NCBI RefSeq assembly: GCF_016432865.1 | Contig: NC_067398.1 | Location: 137,702,001 to 137,766,000, forward strand | Direction: 5' to 3' | Length of the DNA: 64,000 nucleotides | Origin: Antechinus flavipes | Lineage: Eukaryota | In this document: positions 1 through 15,100 of the stretch, piece after piece | How the letters are laid out: each line of letters starts with the position of its first letter | Numbering within the stretch: position 1 is the stretch's first letter | The notes under the pieces: model-generated | What the model was told of the DNA's origin: nothing | Databases searched by the model: none | What the model saw: only the letters and a program-made list of their open reading frames with translations | Position numbers and translations under genes: made by a program

Positions 1-600
1 CTAATGACTGAACATTATGGATCATGAGCATTCAGGGGATGAGGAGAAGCAAAGAAAGAGAGAATTGTTTTAATAGACAAGAGCACTGGTAGGCTATAAA
101 TAGGACAGCATCCAAAGTTAATCATTTGGATTTTTTTAAGTGCTCTTAGCAGAGGTCTCCCGAAAGCTTCTCAGCAACTAGGACCCAGCTAGTGCTCAGT
201 CATCATTAGGAGCCTTCCACGCAGTCCAGGACCTGCCCTTCAGGTTATACACGCCACATAACAGGGGGCTCAGAAGGCCAATTGAATTGATTACATCATT
301 TTATAGGAACAGAGATACAGTTTCAGGTGGTTTCAAAAACAAGAGAGAGGCATTCTGCACAAATGGTTGGGTATCTAAGGAAGTGGAGAGTGGGTTTCTC
401 ATCACGTCTTTTCTTTCTAGAGGTGTGTGAGAAAACAGGGGCACTGATAAAAGCAACTCATCTGTGACATAAACTATGCTCCCAGGCTGGGTTGTTGCTG
501 TTCCCCTGAATCTGACAGAACTGGGGAGTGTCTGCTATAGGCAGCTATAACAGAACCCCAAAGGTAGAGACTCCATCAATCCCTGTCTCCTTTGACCAGA

Positions 601-701
601 TTAACAGCATTTCCACATACAGGCTGTTCCATCAGCTGCTACTGAAAAAATCTTGCTCTGATCTGGACTCAGGGCCAGGTGCAATACTCTGCCTCTGTGG
701 T
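601..701 (-). CDS. CDC20B: CDC20B exon 12 (last coding exon)
   Basis: tttctacag|AC CAC AGA GGC...; (D)[35 protein letters not shown], a final WD repeat. Confidence 0.95.
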
Positions 702-3700
702 CTGTAGAAAAAAAGACAAATTCATGTTGTAAATTTTCAGGGGATAAAAATAAGACATAAAAAATAAAAGTCAATATATGGGCCAATGATCCAGTTACAA
801 CCCTCATCCCTAACCAAGACCTCAACCTTCAACTGAGTGTCATCCAAACTGTTAAAATGCATGGAACTAGGGCTAGTAATGAGCAAAATTAAGAGGGAAT
901 GGAAGTTTGTGTCCCTCAGTGACTCAGTGAGTCAGGCTCAGTTTGGGCCTACTCCAGATACTCCATTGTCTTTAGACCTCATACCCTTCTTGAGACCCTG
1001 AAATTATCATTTCAGCATGTTTTCCCATTCCCATAAAAATTCATTTTTTCTATATTTCTATTTCATCAGGATCCAATACAAATAATTAATTAATAGAAAA
1101 GATGAAAGAATTTTAAAGAAAATAAGTGCATTTTAACTGGTTCTTCTTAAGTAACACCCCTCTTCTTTTTCATCTATCTCATTAGTGGCTAATAAGTGGG
1201 AATTCCAAAACCAGGTAGAAAGGAAAGGTGGCCCTAGGGCAGGCTGCTGGGAAAAGGGAGGCCAGATAAATAAACTGAGGCTTTGTTATCTACCAGGGTC
1301 CCAGCCATGTTGGTGAGGCTAGCTTTTCCTAAAATCTCTCAAAACTTAATTGGTTCAGAAGCGAGTGCAAGGGATAATGTTGTAAAAAAAAATTATCCTG
1401 GCATGGGTTCTGTCAATAAAAAGTTACTGTAAAATAAAATAAAATGAAAAAAAAAACCTTAATTGATTCAGGTTGAACCAATAACAAAGTTTCCTGGTAG
1501 TCAAGTGCAAGGCCGAGTGAGTTTCTTTTCAATACTTGTTGGATACATGTATCCATCTATGAGTGTCTCATTTCATCCCAATCATAAACCTACCCAGGAC
1601 CAAAATGGCCCAATTCAAGACACTTATTAGCTGTGTGACCCTTTGCAAGTCACTTAATCTCTCTACCTCAATTCCTCAACTGTAAAATGAGAATAATAAT
1701 GGCCCATTACTGCTCAGGCTTATCATGAAGAGCAAATAAAACAGCCTGTAAAGCACCAAGCACAGTTCCTGGCATATAGTAGGTGCTTAATAATACTTGT
1801 TTCCTTCCCTCCCCTCATTCCCACCATCTTATTTTAAAGGAACACAGTCTCATGAGAGGGAAGCAAGGGTGAGATCTGACCACAAGAAGGTTCCTTATAG
1901 CTCCGTTAGAGCTCAGGAATAAGCAACCTTTAAGAATTAGTTTTCGTGATCGGCAGGATGATTTCAAAGAGGCCTGAAGAGGCTTATATGAACTGATGCT
2001 GAGTGAAATGAGCAGAACCAAGAGATCATTGTACATGGCAACAGCAAGATTATATAAAGATCAATTTTGATGGATGGAGCTCTCTTCAACAGTGAGATGA
2101 TTGAGGCCACTTCCAATGATCTTGTGATGAAGAGAGCCATCTATACCCAGAGAGAGGTCTGTGGCAACTGAGTGTGGACCACAACATAATATTCTCACTC
2201 TTTTTGTTGCTTTTTGTTTTCTTCATTTTTTTTCCTTCTTGACCCGATTTTTCTGGTGCAGCAAGATAATTATATAAATATATATATAATATATTGGATT
2301 TAACATATATATTTTAGCATGTTTAACATATATTGGATTACTTGCCATTTAAGGGTGGGGGTGGGGGAAGAAGAGAAATTTGGAATACAAAGTTTTGTTG
2401 AAAAATTATCCATGCATGTTTTGAAAACAAAAACTTTTAATTAAAAAAAAATTTGTTTTCAGTATCTGGTTTGTGGCTGATTTTAGCTGTGAGGTGGAAG
2501 CTCCCCAATCTTGTGGTTACAAATATGAACATTGTGTTCCCTTGAAATTAAAAAAAAAATAGTAGTACTAACAGGAGCTGAGGAAAGATCCACTGCTCGG
2601 AGCTTAAACTGTAGCTGGCTGGGTGTGGAGAGGGTGAGTGCTGTCCCAGAACGCTGCAGAGGTGCCCAGATGCCCTTTTTGGTGCTACAATGAAAACTCG
2701 TGGAAACTAACTGTGCGTGGAACACAGCGGTCTCAGAGAATTCAAACTGTATGTCACCCAGGAGGCCATGGAGAGGCACTGGGGATGGGGACAGGGGGAT
2801 GAACAACCTGTGTTCATTAAAAACAAGGACCTCTGAGGGTATAAGAACAATGTATGCTAAAGATTACATTCAGCATGAGAATAGATAAATGATAACGAAG
2901 GTTGACAGGCAAGATGAGAGGGACAACTTATGGACAGCCTGTCCCACTGGTTTCCTCACATCAGGAGACCTTCTGGGACATCCCCTACCAAGTGGGCGAA
3001 GGCCCCTAAGGGCGGGCTGACTTACTTGAAGACAAAAAAGCAGGCAGACGTGGAGGGACTGCCATCTGCTTCGTGTTCTGGTAAATGTTTAAGAACTGGC
3101 TTTGGGGATGGGGGTGAGGTGTCAAGGACATTCTTTTAAGTTTGAACTGCATTATTAACATTTTTTTCCATTGCTTCCTTAAATCTAAGCAATAAACAAA
3201 ATGGTTAATCAAGCCTCGCTATTTAAAAAATATCCATGGATCTTTTACAATTGTTTATTTTTGGTGAGCAATTATGAATCACCTACTCCATGCTCGTATG
3301 CACATTTAATGTGGACAGTGTCTGATCCGTAGATCACAGATTCTGAGCTGAGAGGGACCTTGAGGATCACCTAGCCCCATATTCCCTCCTGCCACAGAAA
3401 AAGAAGGTGGAGGTCAGGAAGACAGGTTCCAGCTGATTCCAGGCTGCCACCCCGGCCCGCTCTGTTCCCTGGGGCAATCATTCATCCTCCCCAGCTCCCA
3501 GGCCCTCTCCGGCAAGGCTAAAAAGCTCCTCTGATTGCAACTGTGGTCTTCCTTCTAAGAGCAGGTCCTGAGCAAACAGGGAGCAGGCTTGGGGTGCCCA
3601 TCACATCTAGCTTGAAGGGACCAAAGTTTCATCCCTGGAAATCTGTCCCTTTCATGGTGGGTGCCGCGACTCCCACCTTCCAGGCAGCAGTTTTTGTACT

Positions 3701-6700
3701 TGACGTGAGGCGAGGTGGGTTATGACACAAGGCACTAAGGGGGGCTCAGAACTGGAGTTCATTTGCCTAATATTGTCACTATGTCATCCATAATCAAGAG
3801 GAGGCATTTAAAATTAGAACCAACCAACCTCAATCAAACTGCAGTAAAGTTATTTCCTGTCCACCCTAGTTTTTATGTCAATTAAGGAAGAGTAATTTAT
3901 TTCCTCGAATCCCCCCCACACACACACACACACTGCTTTTCAGCTTCCTTTTGAATGTTGTCTTCCCTCAGTAAACTGTAAGTTCTTTGAGAGCAGGAAC
4001 TATCTTTTTTATTTGTATTTGTATCTCCGGTGCTTAACACATAGTAGGCCACATCTGGCACTTACTAGGTGCTTTATAAATATTTATTGACTATATAAAA
4101 TAACTCATTTGATTCACCCACTTACCAAAAAATCTATCAGACTGAGTCAGAACAGGGCAGCTCCATAAAGTCACTTCATTTCTAGGAGTACCATGGCCAG
4201 TGGCAATCTCTTTTGTCTTAGGTAACCAGATCAGAGAACAAATCTGATGAAAATGCAAATAAATTATAATATTGTAGCCATTTTTGTTTCAATCATAAAC
4301 ACTGTCTGAAATATAGTCTAAATAAGCCTAAAATACAATCTAAAAAAGAAGGGTAGCTTTTCTATAGAGAAAAAAGATTGTTCTAGTCCTACTCACTTCA
4401 AACCACTGTAGAACAAGGATGCCCCTTATACCCATGAATAGGGTGCCAGAGGCACTGAGCTGGAAATGGCCAGGAGTTGGTCTTTTATCTAATTTCCCCT
4501 GGCAAAGCAATGGTGAAAAGTGAGGAGGAGATGAATGAAAAAAGACAAGTTAAATAAATGAAAAATAGCATTACTAGATGAAAGCGCTATACAGAAAAGG
4601 AATTTTGGGAAATTATTAATCAATGAGTAAAGAAAGGTACGATTTGGACCCTGCATTTCATCACAAAATATTAATTAAAATACTGGAAGAACTAAAATGA
4701 AGTGAATTCAGAAGAAGTTCAACTCTATTTCATGAGTTTACCTGTGATTTTGTACATGGACTTTGGATACTGTTCTCTCTGTTTATATCCCAGACATGTA
4801 AGTGTCCATCTTTCATTCCTCCCCCAACAGCAAGGATTTCAGACTGCCAAGGACACCAGTTCATGGCCTTAAAGTGCAGAGAAATTTTTATTTTGTAAGT
4901 TCAAGAACTGTTCGCAAGTATTAAAGAAATCCTTCCTCTCTACAAGAACTAAGAACCCTATGAAATAATAGATGCATCAATTAAGTCAGTAGGTCAATGT
5001 TAGTTAGACCAATATCTAAAGATCAATCTCTATTCAAGCTAATTATCAATCAACAGCAATTATCAAACTATCAAATTATTCACCAACAACAATTATTAAT
5101 CAATCAATCAACAAGAATTTTTTGCGCAATTACTATGTACCAAACATTAGGCTATGCACTGGGTATATAAAGAAAAGCAAAAATACAGTCCTTGCCCCCA
5201 GGAAGTGTATGTACACAGTATGAATGATGGGGTAATCTCAGAAATAAGGAGCCAAAAGTGAAGAGGACATCACACACTGACCCCCACACACATATACACA
5301 TTCCAACTGCACAGCTGACAAATTCCCATAGCTGTTATTCCAATTTTCTCCCTCTCCTCAGCCCCAGGGCCCATCCCCATCATCCTTTCCCACCACAATC
5401 TTGTCTGCTGCTTTCCAGAAAAGAACAAAACCATCTGTCATGAGTTTCCTCATCCCTTCCCTTCTTCTTATCCTCCAAATCTGTATTTTCACCCTTCCTT
5501 TTCCTTGCCCTCAACCAATAAGGCGGTCTGCCTCCTTGCCAAAGCTAATGCCCCTGGACCCTGATGGCTGGTGACTTTGCACAGTTCTCCCTCACTTAAA
5601 TCCAATTCACTTGCAAGTCAAGTCCTCACCTTCCTGAGGTCATTGGTCCTCTTGGGGACCCAGGACGGACAAACAAACAAAGTGCTCCTTAATATGATGC
5701 TTTTGGTCTCAAACTCTTTTATCTTCTCTGGGACTCTTACTCCGTCAATTATTTCTTGTCTTCACCCTCTCCCTCTCTCCTGGATCCTTCTCTACTTTCT
5801 ATAAACAAGCCCAAGTTTGGCAGGTAACCTTGACCAGCCAGCCCTTCCTCACTTCAATCCAGTTCACTTGCATGTCAAGGCATGGCAACAAACAACAGTT
5901 AATCCTAAAACAAACAAAAAACCTCAAAGGCGACCCCTGATTTCACTGCTAATAGCCCAGAAAGAGTCATCTATAATTCTTGCTTCTGCTTTCTCACCTT
6001 TCATTCATTCTTCAGCCCTACCACTCCATTCTCTCTAACTCCATGTTTCTACTCTGTCCATGGTACAGTGCACAGAAAGCCAGCCTTGGAGCCAGCAAGA
6101 TCCCAGTTTACAGCTAATACAGACCCTAAACAACGCCTCAGCCCACCTCCTAACTTTACAGCTGAGAAAAACTCAGCCAGATTATGGGACTTGTCCGTGG
6201 TCCTAGAGCAGCCCCCAGTCTCTCCAGTCATCAATCTATCCTTCTTCCCACAGCTACCAAAAACAATCTTCCTAAAGTAACCCTTCATCCACCTCAGTAT
6301 GGAGATGAGAAGTGAAAAGTGCTTCCCCAGAAGCCCCCATCACTGAAATTTAAGACTGAGGCTTCTATGCCTTTCACAGAGATTTCTGGGGAAAGGTGCC
6401 AGGAGAGAAGCAAGGTAAATCCGAATTTGAGAGTTTCTCTTCCATCTTGGTACCGTGCAGATTTTTTCCCAGAAAAGCACTACCTAACTGGTATTCTGAT
6501 TTTACTTCTTTGATATTTCATACAAAAACTGAACTGTTGCTGTGACGATTGTACCTGCCACTTCAATGAACAATGCAGCTGGCCCAGAGAGGCCATATGT
6601 AGGCTGCTGACAGAGGTGGCTGTGATAAGACTCGTTTGGCTCTGAGATCACCCCAAGTCCCTCTTAGAGATGAAAACTCTCCCTAATAATGTCTGTCACA

Positions 6701-9140
6701 CTGACCTCACAGGGCTATTGGGAGAAGCAAATGTGTCAATGTATGTAAAGCACTTTGTAAGTCTTGAATTGCTATGTAAATATCAGCTATTACTTGTAAG
6801 CAAGCAGGGAAGAGAAGATAGTGCGAACAAGCTCCTTTGAGGCTGTCATCATTTTTGTACTCTAAGCATCTGATACATTATAAATGCTTAATAAACATTA
6901 ACCGAATTGAGTTTATTGAAATTGTTGTTTAGTCATAATTTAGCTATGTCTGACTCTTCATAACTCCTTTAGGGGCTTTCTTGGCAAAATCATTAGAGAG
7001 TTTACCATCCTCCAGCTCATTTTATAGGTGAGGAAATTGAGAGAAACAGAGTAGAGTGACTTGCCCAGGGCCACACAACTAATAAGTGCCTGAGCCAGAT
7101 TTATACTCGTACAGGTGAATCTTCCTGACTCCAGGACTGGCACTCTATTCACCGTACCATCTGGTTGCCTCCAAATTACTGAACTGAACACACTTTAACC
7201 AAAATAACTTTTGATTTCCTTACCTTAACTGACGTAGAATGATGGAAGACTTTTAGTGGTTGACAGGATTTGCCCACACCAGGATCATAGGACCATATAT
7301 TCAATAGTCCATCAGTACAACCACTGGAAAGCAGCTTACCACTTGGTGACCACTTCAGGGCACATATAGCTCGCTTATGGCCAAGTGTTCCAATGTGATG
7401 CTGAGCTACTCGAACATCATAATGATGAATACGGCCCAATCTTGAACCACTATGTAGGAGAAAAGAAGCATGGTGGACCATTGTTTCTCAAGTTATATTC
7501 AACTATATACCCTATACAAGAATTCTGAAACCATCAGGAAAATACTGAGAAGGGAATTCCTGTAAATCATTAATAAAATTATCCAAAGATCCCTAGAATG
7601 GTCTTTAGCAAGAATAGATGCTACTGACTCCTTGTAGTAGCCAAAAAAAAAAAAAAAAACAGGAAATGGTTAGAAAACTTTATTATTTGAATATATTCAG
7701 TGGTTTTTAATTCATTGATATTTTTGTATTTTTAGTTGTATTCATAAATTATTGATTTATTCTTTCTCTTTTTTGTTAATAAAAGTTCCCCCTAAGAACT
7801 ACTTTGATTATATTGCCAAACTTTAGAACATTTTCTCATTTATGTCATTATCTTAAATGAAATTTTCTATTGCTTCTGTAATTTCTTCATTGATCCAATT
7901 ATTTTTTGGGATTGCTATTTAGTATCTCATTGATTTTTAATACTTTTAAACAACTTCTTTAATATGATTTTGTTGCATTATATTTAGTAAAGGATGTATA
8001 TAAGATTTATGCTTTTCTGCATTTGTGCCCTGCATATGTGTGAGACAAGATACCATGAACAGCTGCTATATGTATGTATGTTTACTCCTATTTCCATTCA
8101 AAAAATTGCTAAAGGTTAATCATATCTAATTTTTTCCAAAATTCTTCCTTCTAATTCATTTTTTTTAGTTTAGATTTATCTAGGGGTAATAGGAGTAAAC
8201 TAGGGCATCCTGTCATTATGTTAGCCTTATTGTTAGATGGACATATGTAAAGAATTAAAATAAATTCATAGTGTAATAAAGAATATAATTAAATATTATT
8301 GTGCAGCAAAAAGTGATGATTATGAGGAATTAAGAGATTTATATATACATTAGTAGAGAGAAAAATAAAAAGAAGCTAAAGAACAATATACACAGTGAGT
8401 AAAATGATATAAATTTTTAAATCACTTAAAACAAACTCTAAATTGAACTATGACTAACGGAAGAAAAAATGAAGATCCCAAAGAAAACTAATAAAGTATA
8501 TATTCTCCCTCTTAGCAGAGAGATAAGGAAGTACTAGGATAAAATTTTGCAACTATTGTCAAATATAGAATCTATAACAGATAGCCCTTGTAAAAAGGAA
8601 TGATTCAGTCGGGAAGATGGTTGGAAATGAATGTCACATAAACATAATAGGCATTAATGAAACATTATATTTTTTAAAATAATAGATGCGCTTGGTCACT
8701 TCTGATCCATTTGGAAATCCTTTGAATAATTAGGAGTGAAACTTCTGCCTGAAATTTCCTTTTCAGAGATAAACTGATTTATGTGACAGAACTAAAAATT
8801 CTAGGTTGAAAAATAAAACAATGTTCTATAAATCACCATGGACCACCATGGTGGTTCCATAAACCACCTACTAATAATCACATGATATCCAGTAGAAATA
8901 CCAACTAGTGTATATAGAAGAAAAGCCCACTACAGAAAATTTTTATTTGGAAAGAGTTCTACATTTAAACAACATAATCCTGAATATTGAGCTCACAGGT
9001 TTAAAGAGTAACATTTACAGAAAGCACATGACATTTTCTATAACGGAATACCTGAAGATATAAAAATACAATGATTTTTGGCCCGTCAATCTTTTTTTTA
9101 AATTGATCAGTTGTCCTGCCCCACTATTCAATTACAACTC

Positions 9141-9194
<54 letters not shown>

Positions 9195-12100
9195 TGCATG
9201 ACATCTAAACATCATTGACTCCAACAATGGATTTCTCACCTGCTGAGGACACAGTGATTCCAGCTCAAAGCCCCAACTACTGAAATATGACCAACCATAT
9301 TTCTCAGCCTTTTTTTAGTCATGACATCCCATAACTGGGGTTAGAAAAGAAATAAATAGGATTATAATTACATCAGTGTTCTACAATCCTAATTCAGTCT
9401 CTGCAGGGCTGACTATTAATGGGTCAGTTAATTTTGAAGAGGCTGGTGTGTTTTTGGCTGATGGTCAATGACATCATTAATCCTTAACCACAAGGCTCTG
9501 TGACTATTATTAAGGGAATTAGTAAACTTGTAGCTCCAGCTGCAGTTTGTCTACAAGCAGAATGTAAAAGTCAATTGGTCTCTTCCATGTTCTCCATAGA
9601 AAGTCAAATACTTGTTTCTTTTATAGCTAAGGTCTCCCAGCCAGGAATGTTGTTTCACATAACAAGTGAAACTTTTAATGTTGTGCAATTCTTCCTTGCA
9701 TAAAATATAGGGCATATGAAGAAAACTTAACCCATATCTAGGGGAGGAAAGAAGAAAAAGAAAGTGAGGGGAGATAAGAACAAAAGGGATTTTAAAAAAT
9801 CCTTCAGGAAAGAATTTTAGTGTCATCTCTCCTTAATACACAGTAGCCTAGTCTTTCTCCTATTCAAGAGTTTACATTTCACATTAACCAATGAAAAAGA
9901 GCTTTGAAAGATGTAAAAATTATTGGTCCAACCTGACCTAAAGAGTATATAAGAATAAAACATCCAATACTTGTACTTCTCCCTCACTGGTGCCAATGGC
10001 CAGGTAACCTCCCTCCTTTGTCCAGGAAATTGAGGAGATGTAGTTGCAATAGGGGCTCAAGTCTATGCTTCCCATTCCATCATGGCTTTCACCATTCCAG
10101 ATGTGTACAGCAGACCCAAGGGCAAGAGCAAGAAGACCTTCAGAATTCCAGTCTAGGATGTTTAGATCTGGAAGGAAAGAAGGAGGAATTACGGAACAAA
10201 GAAAGTTAGATGAGAAGGAGGGAAAAAAGGAGAGAGGAAGGGGAAGGAAGGAGGGAAGGAAGGAAGGAAGGAAGGAAAGTAGGAAGGAAAGAAAGAAGGA
10301 AGGAAGAGAAGAAGGGACGGAGGGAGGAAGGTACTTCCTCTTAACCCTACAAAAAGTTGAACTAAACAGCTACCTCAGTCTTTGAAAGGCTGGGACCTGG
10401 ACAATGAATCTATGCTGTTCAGATTCAAAATCATGTCAAGACATAGCAATTTAAGGAAGAAGTTTGTTAGCATAGTGGTTAGAGCATTGGACCATTTTAG
10501 AAAATTATTCACTTAACCACTGTCTGCCCAAGAATTCTCATTCTATAATAATTGTTGTCAGATAAATATTGCATATATATATTTTAAAAGCAAGCAAAGG
10601 TCTTCAGAGTGACTTGATACCCAAAGGCGGTTTTGTTCATTCTTTTTCCCTATAGGAACCTAAGAGAAAAATAAAAAGACCAATATAAATTTTTTTTAAT
10701 CTGCAAATGCTTCTATGAAGAAAAACAATGTTTATCAAAAATCTCATTAAAAAGCATTAAAAATTTCATTAAATTATTTTGTCTCAAATTTGTTAATAAC
10801 TGCCATTGTTTTTCATTTTTCGTTTCTTTACTTTTTTTAACCCAATGTCCTTTGCGCTTTGCTGTTAATGATCTTTCATTTTGAGTTTGAATGACCTTTA
10901 AAGCAAAACACAGATCAAAATGAGTAGAGATGGCACTGGGTGAAATGGGAGATCTTGGCCTTTTAAAATCTAGGTCTTCAACAGGTTTTACTTTGACTGA
11001 GGTTCCAGTCTTCTTGATCTATATTTGGCCACCGGACCCAGAAGGCTCTGGAGGGGAAAGTGAGGCAGGTGACCTTGCCTAGCCCTTTCTATTTCACTTG
11101 CATCTCATCACATCCCCTCCTTGATATCATAGTCCTTGAGAATGAAGAACAAAACAAAAACGTGTATATATGTGGTTTATTTGATTTATTATTATGGTTA
11201 GCACTTTTATAGTGATTTAAGTTTTGCAAAATATCTTATAGCATTCTTGGAGATTATTATGTCCATTTTACAGATTAGGAGACTGAGACCATTTAACAGC
11301 CTATAGCCATAACAACAGGAAATTTTCTAAAATGACAGTATCTAAAAAATCCCTTTAAAAGGTAAATGAGAGCAGCTGAATAGTGCAGTGGATAGAGTGC
11401 CAGCCTTAAAGTCAGGAGGACCTGAGTTCAAATATGATCTCAGACACTTAACACTTCCTACCCTGGGCAAGTCACTTAACCCCAATTGCCTCAGGGGGAA
11501 AAAAAAGTAGACAAATATTTTCTTCCTCATTAAAACAAAAAATTTAAATTGTTAAAAATCTGCCATAAATAGTAAAAAAAAAAAAAAAAAAACAGTGTCT
11601 TCATTAACAGATATTTCAACACACATGTTTCTCTCCCCCACCCCCACCTAAATAATTCTGCACCATTAGTTTTCTCTTTAGATAGCTTTACCTTGACTCT
11701 ATGTAGAGTCTAGACAACCCAGATTCATTGCCTATGTCCCAACTTCCCAAAGTCCCCACAATCACAGCATTATCCTATACTCTGGATCCCTAGCAGGCCA
11801 GTTGCTAGCCCACTACTTGATCGTTCACTATTTTGTCAGCTCTGGCCAATTCAAAAGGTGAATTAAATGTTTTCAAAGGCGAGAANNNNNNNNNNNNNNN
11901 NNNNNNNNNNNNNNNNNNNNNNNNNNNNNNNNNNNNNNNNNNNNNNNNNNNNNNNNNNNNNNNNNNNNNNNNNNNNNNNNNNNNNNNNNNNNNNNNNNNN
12001 NNNNNNNNNNNNNNNNNNNNNNNNNNNNNNNTAGAGAGAGACAGAGAGAATGAGACAGAGAGACAGAAAGAAATGGAAAGACTGAGGGAGAAGGGGAGAC

Positions 12101-15100
12101 ATGTTTTGACAAATTATTATTTTCTTTAAATCCCTAAATCTATATTGGTAAATATAAACGTAACCATTACACTAAAACTCTCCTGGGGGAACAAAGCCCT
12201 ACTTTGTGAATGCTTTTCATAAAGCATTCAATAAATGTTGGTTGATTGATAATTTGAGAAGCAAGAGATAGAAGGGGCAGCGAGAGGGCAAAATGGATAG
12301 AGCATGGGCCCTGGAGTCAGGAGGACCTTTCACACATTCCCAGCTGTGTGACCCTGGGCAAGTCACTTACCCCAACTACCTCACCCAAGAAAGAGAGAAA
12401 AAAAAGAGAGAAAGAGACAGAGAGGCACATGGAGACAACTAGGCAAGGAGAGAAACAGAAACAAAGAGACATATGCAGAAAGAGACAGGGGAAAAGTACT
12501 AGTCCCGTTCCCCCAGATCAGCATTTAGAAACAGGGGAACTCTATATGAATCATTTTTTAACTTGGTGCCATTTTGGAAACTGGTGGGCCAAAGACTAAG
12601 TTACTTTTCCGGGCTTCAAGGGGCCAGAGGCCGGGAGAGAAAAAAAGGACTCCACCCTCCTCAGCCAAAGAGTCGCCGTGTCCGCCCCCAGAGTGCCGCT
12701 GCCCGCTTCTAGCTTTCAGTTAACCTGCTGGAAGGAGACAGGGACCAAAGCTCACAGTAGTCATCCCGCAGGCCCGTGAGATGCATCTTCCGCTCCGGCT
12801 GCGGCGCGAGGCGCTTCCTGTCCCCGGGCCGCTGAGGAGGCGCCGAAGCCTCTCCCGGACTTCCATCCCCGCAGCCTGCAAAGAAGGAGTCAGCCAGGAG
12901 CACATCCTGCACCCCACTCTGGTCCTGCGAACTTTCCTCATGGGGATAAAAAAAGGGCTGCAGACGCAGGGAGCGTGAGTCTCAGGGAAGAGAGAGGGGG
13001 AAAGGGTAGAGAGCAAGAGCAACTGAAATCAGAGGCGTTATTATTTTTAGCAATAAAAAGACATTTTCTGATTTAAAGGATATACCTGTGGGGCAGTGCT
13101 CATTGCTAGGCGGTGAGCTCCTTAAGGACAGAAACTGTCTTTTGCCTTTCTTTACATCCCTAGATTTAGGGCCCAGCACGTGGTAAGAATTCTATAATAA
13201 ATACTTAATTGAGTCCCAGTTTGCCTGACTGACACATGCAGATTATAACTTAGGATAAAAAGGTTTAGGGAGTTGCCTGAGGAACAGAAATGGAAATTGT
13301 GCTGTCCACAGAGATAGTGTGAGAGGCAAGATTTGAACTCAGATCTTTTTTATTCTAGATTTTTGATTGATTGATTTGATTCCAAAACTTTATTCATACA
13401 GCCTCAAAATAAACAAAAACGTACATACTGTGTGTCCAGAGATGTAAAATATAAGCAATATCACTGGAAAAGAACCTGCTTTGACTGTTTACTGTTTTAT
13501 TTGAATCTATAAATCCACAATGATCGTTGCATATTAATATCAGCAGCATGCTGAAATTCACCTGGGAAAGTGAAACCCTACCTGGTGAAAACTTTTCACA
13601 AAGGATTTAATAAATATTTGTTGACTGATTGATTGATTGATACAGTTCTATGCTTCATTATCTCTGTATCAAAGCATCTGGAGACCAGTTCATTTTGCCT
13701 ATGAGAGTCAACACATAGAATACTAATTCTTTCTACTTTCAGGATATAGTCTTTTTTTTTATAATAACTTTTTATTGACAGAATCCATGCCAGGGTAATT
13801 TTTTTTACAACATTATCCCTTGCACTCGCTTCTGTTCCGATTTTTCCCCTCTCTCCCTCCACTCCCTCCCCTAGATGGCAAGCAGTCCTATATATGTTAA
13901 ATATGTTGCAGTATATCCTAGATACAATATATGTGTGCAGAACCAAACAGTTCTCTTGTTGCACAGGAAGAATTGGATTCAGAAGGTAGAAATAATCCGG
14001 GAAAAAAAACAAAAATGCAAGCAGTTTATATTCATTTCCCAGTGTTCTTTCTTTGGATGTAGCTACTTCTATCCATCATTTATCAATTGAAACTCAGGTC
14101 TCTTTGTCAAAGATATCCACTTCCATCAGAATACATCCTCATACAATATCATTGTTGAAGTGTATAATGATCTCCTGGTTCTGCTCATTTCACTTAGCAT
14201 CAGTTCATGTAAGTCTCTCCAAGCCTCTCTGTATTCATCCTGCTGGTCAGTTCATAAAGAACAATAATATTCCATAACATTCATATGCCACAATTTACCC
14301 AACTATTCTCCAATTGATGGGCATCCATTCATTTTCCAGCTTCTAGCCACTACAAACAGGGCTGCCACAAACATTTTGGCACATACAGGTCCCTTTCCCT
14401 TTTTTAGTATTTCTTTGGGGTGTAAGCCCAGTAGAAACACTGCTGGATCAAAGGGTATGCACAGTTTGATAACTTTTTGGGCATAATTCCAGATTGCTCT
14501 CCAGAATGGTTGGATTCGTTCACAACTCCACCAACAATGCATCAATGTCCCAGTTTTCCCGCATCCCCTCCAACATTCATCATTATTTTTTTCTGTCATC
14601 TTAGCCAATCTGACAGGTGTGTAGTGGTATCTCAGAGTTGTCTTAATTTGCATTTCTCTGATCAATAATGATTTGGAACACTCTTTCATATGAGTGGTAA
14701 TGGTTTCAATTTCATCATCTGAAAATTGTCTGTTCATATCCTTTGACCATTTATCAATTGGAGAATGGCTTGATTTCTTATAAATTAGAGTCAGTTCTCT
14801 ATATATTTTGGAAATGAGGCCTTTATCAGAACCTTTAACTGTGAAGATGTTTCCCCAGTTTGTTGCTTCCCTTCTAATCTTGTTTGCATTAGTTTTGTTT
14901 GTACAAAGGCTTTTTAATTTGATGTAATCAAAATTTTCTATTTTGTGTTCAGTAATGGTCTGTAGTTCATCTTTGGTCACAAATTTCTTTCTCCTCCACA
15001 AGTCTGAGAGATAAACTATCCTATGTTCCTCTAATTTATTTATAATCTCGTTCTTTATGCCTAGGTCATGGACCCATTTTGATCTTATCTTGGTATATGG

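Noticed and set aside
2560-3220. Moderately GC-rich stretch with donor-like GTGAGT/GTAAGT motifs in the last CDC20B intron
   Set aside because: The CDC20B frame is complete without it, and no acceptor-donor pair gave a recognisable peptide.
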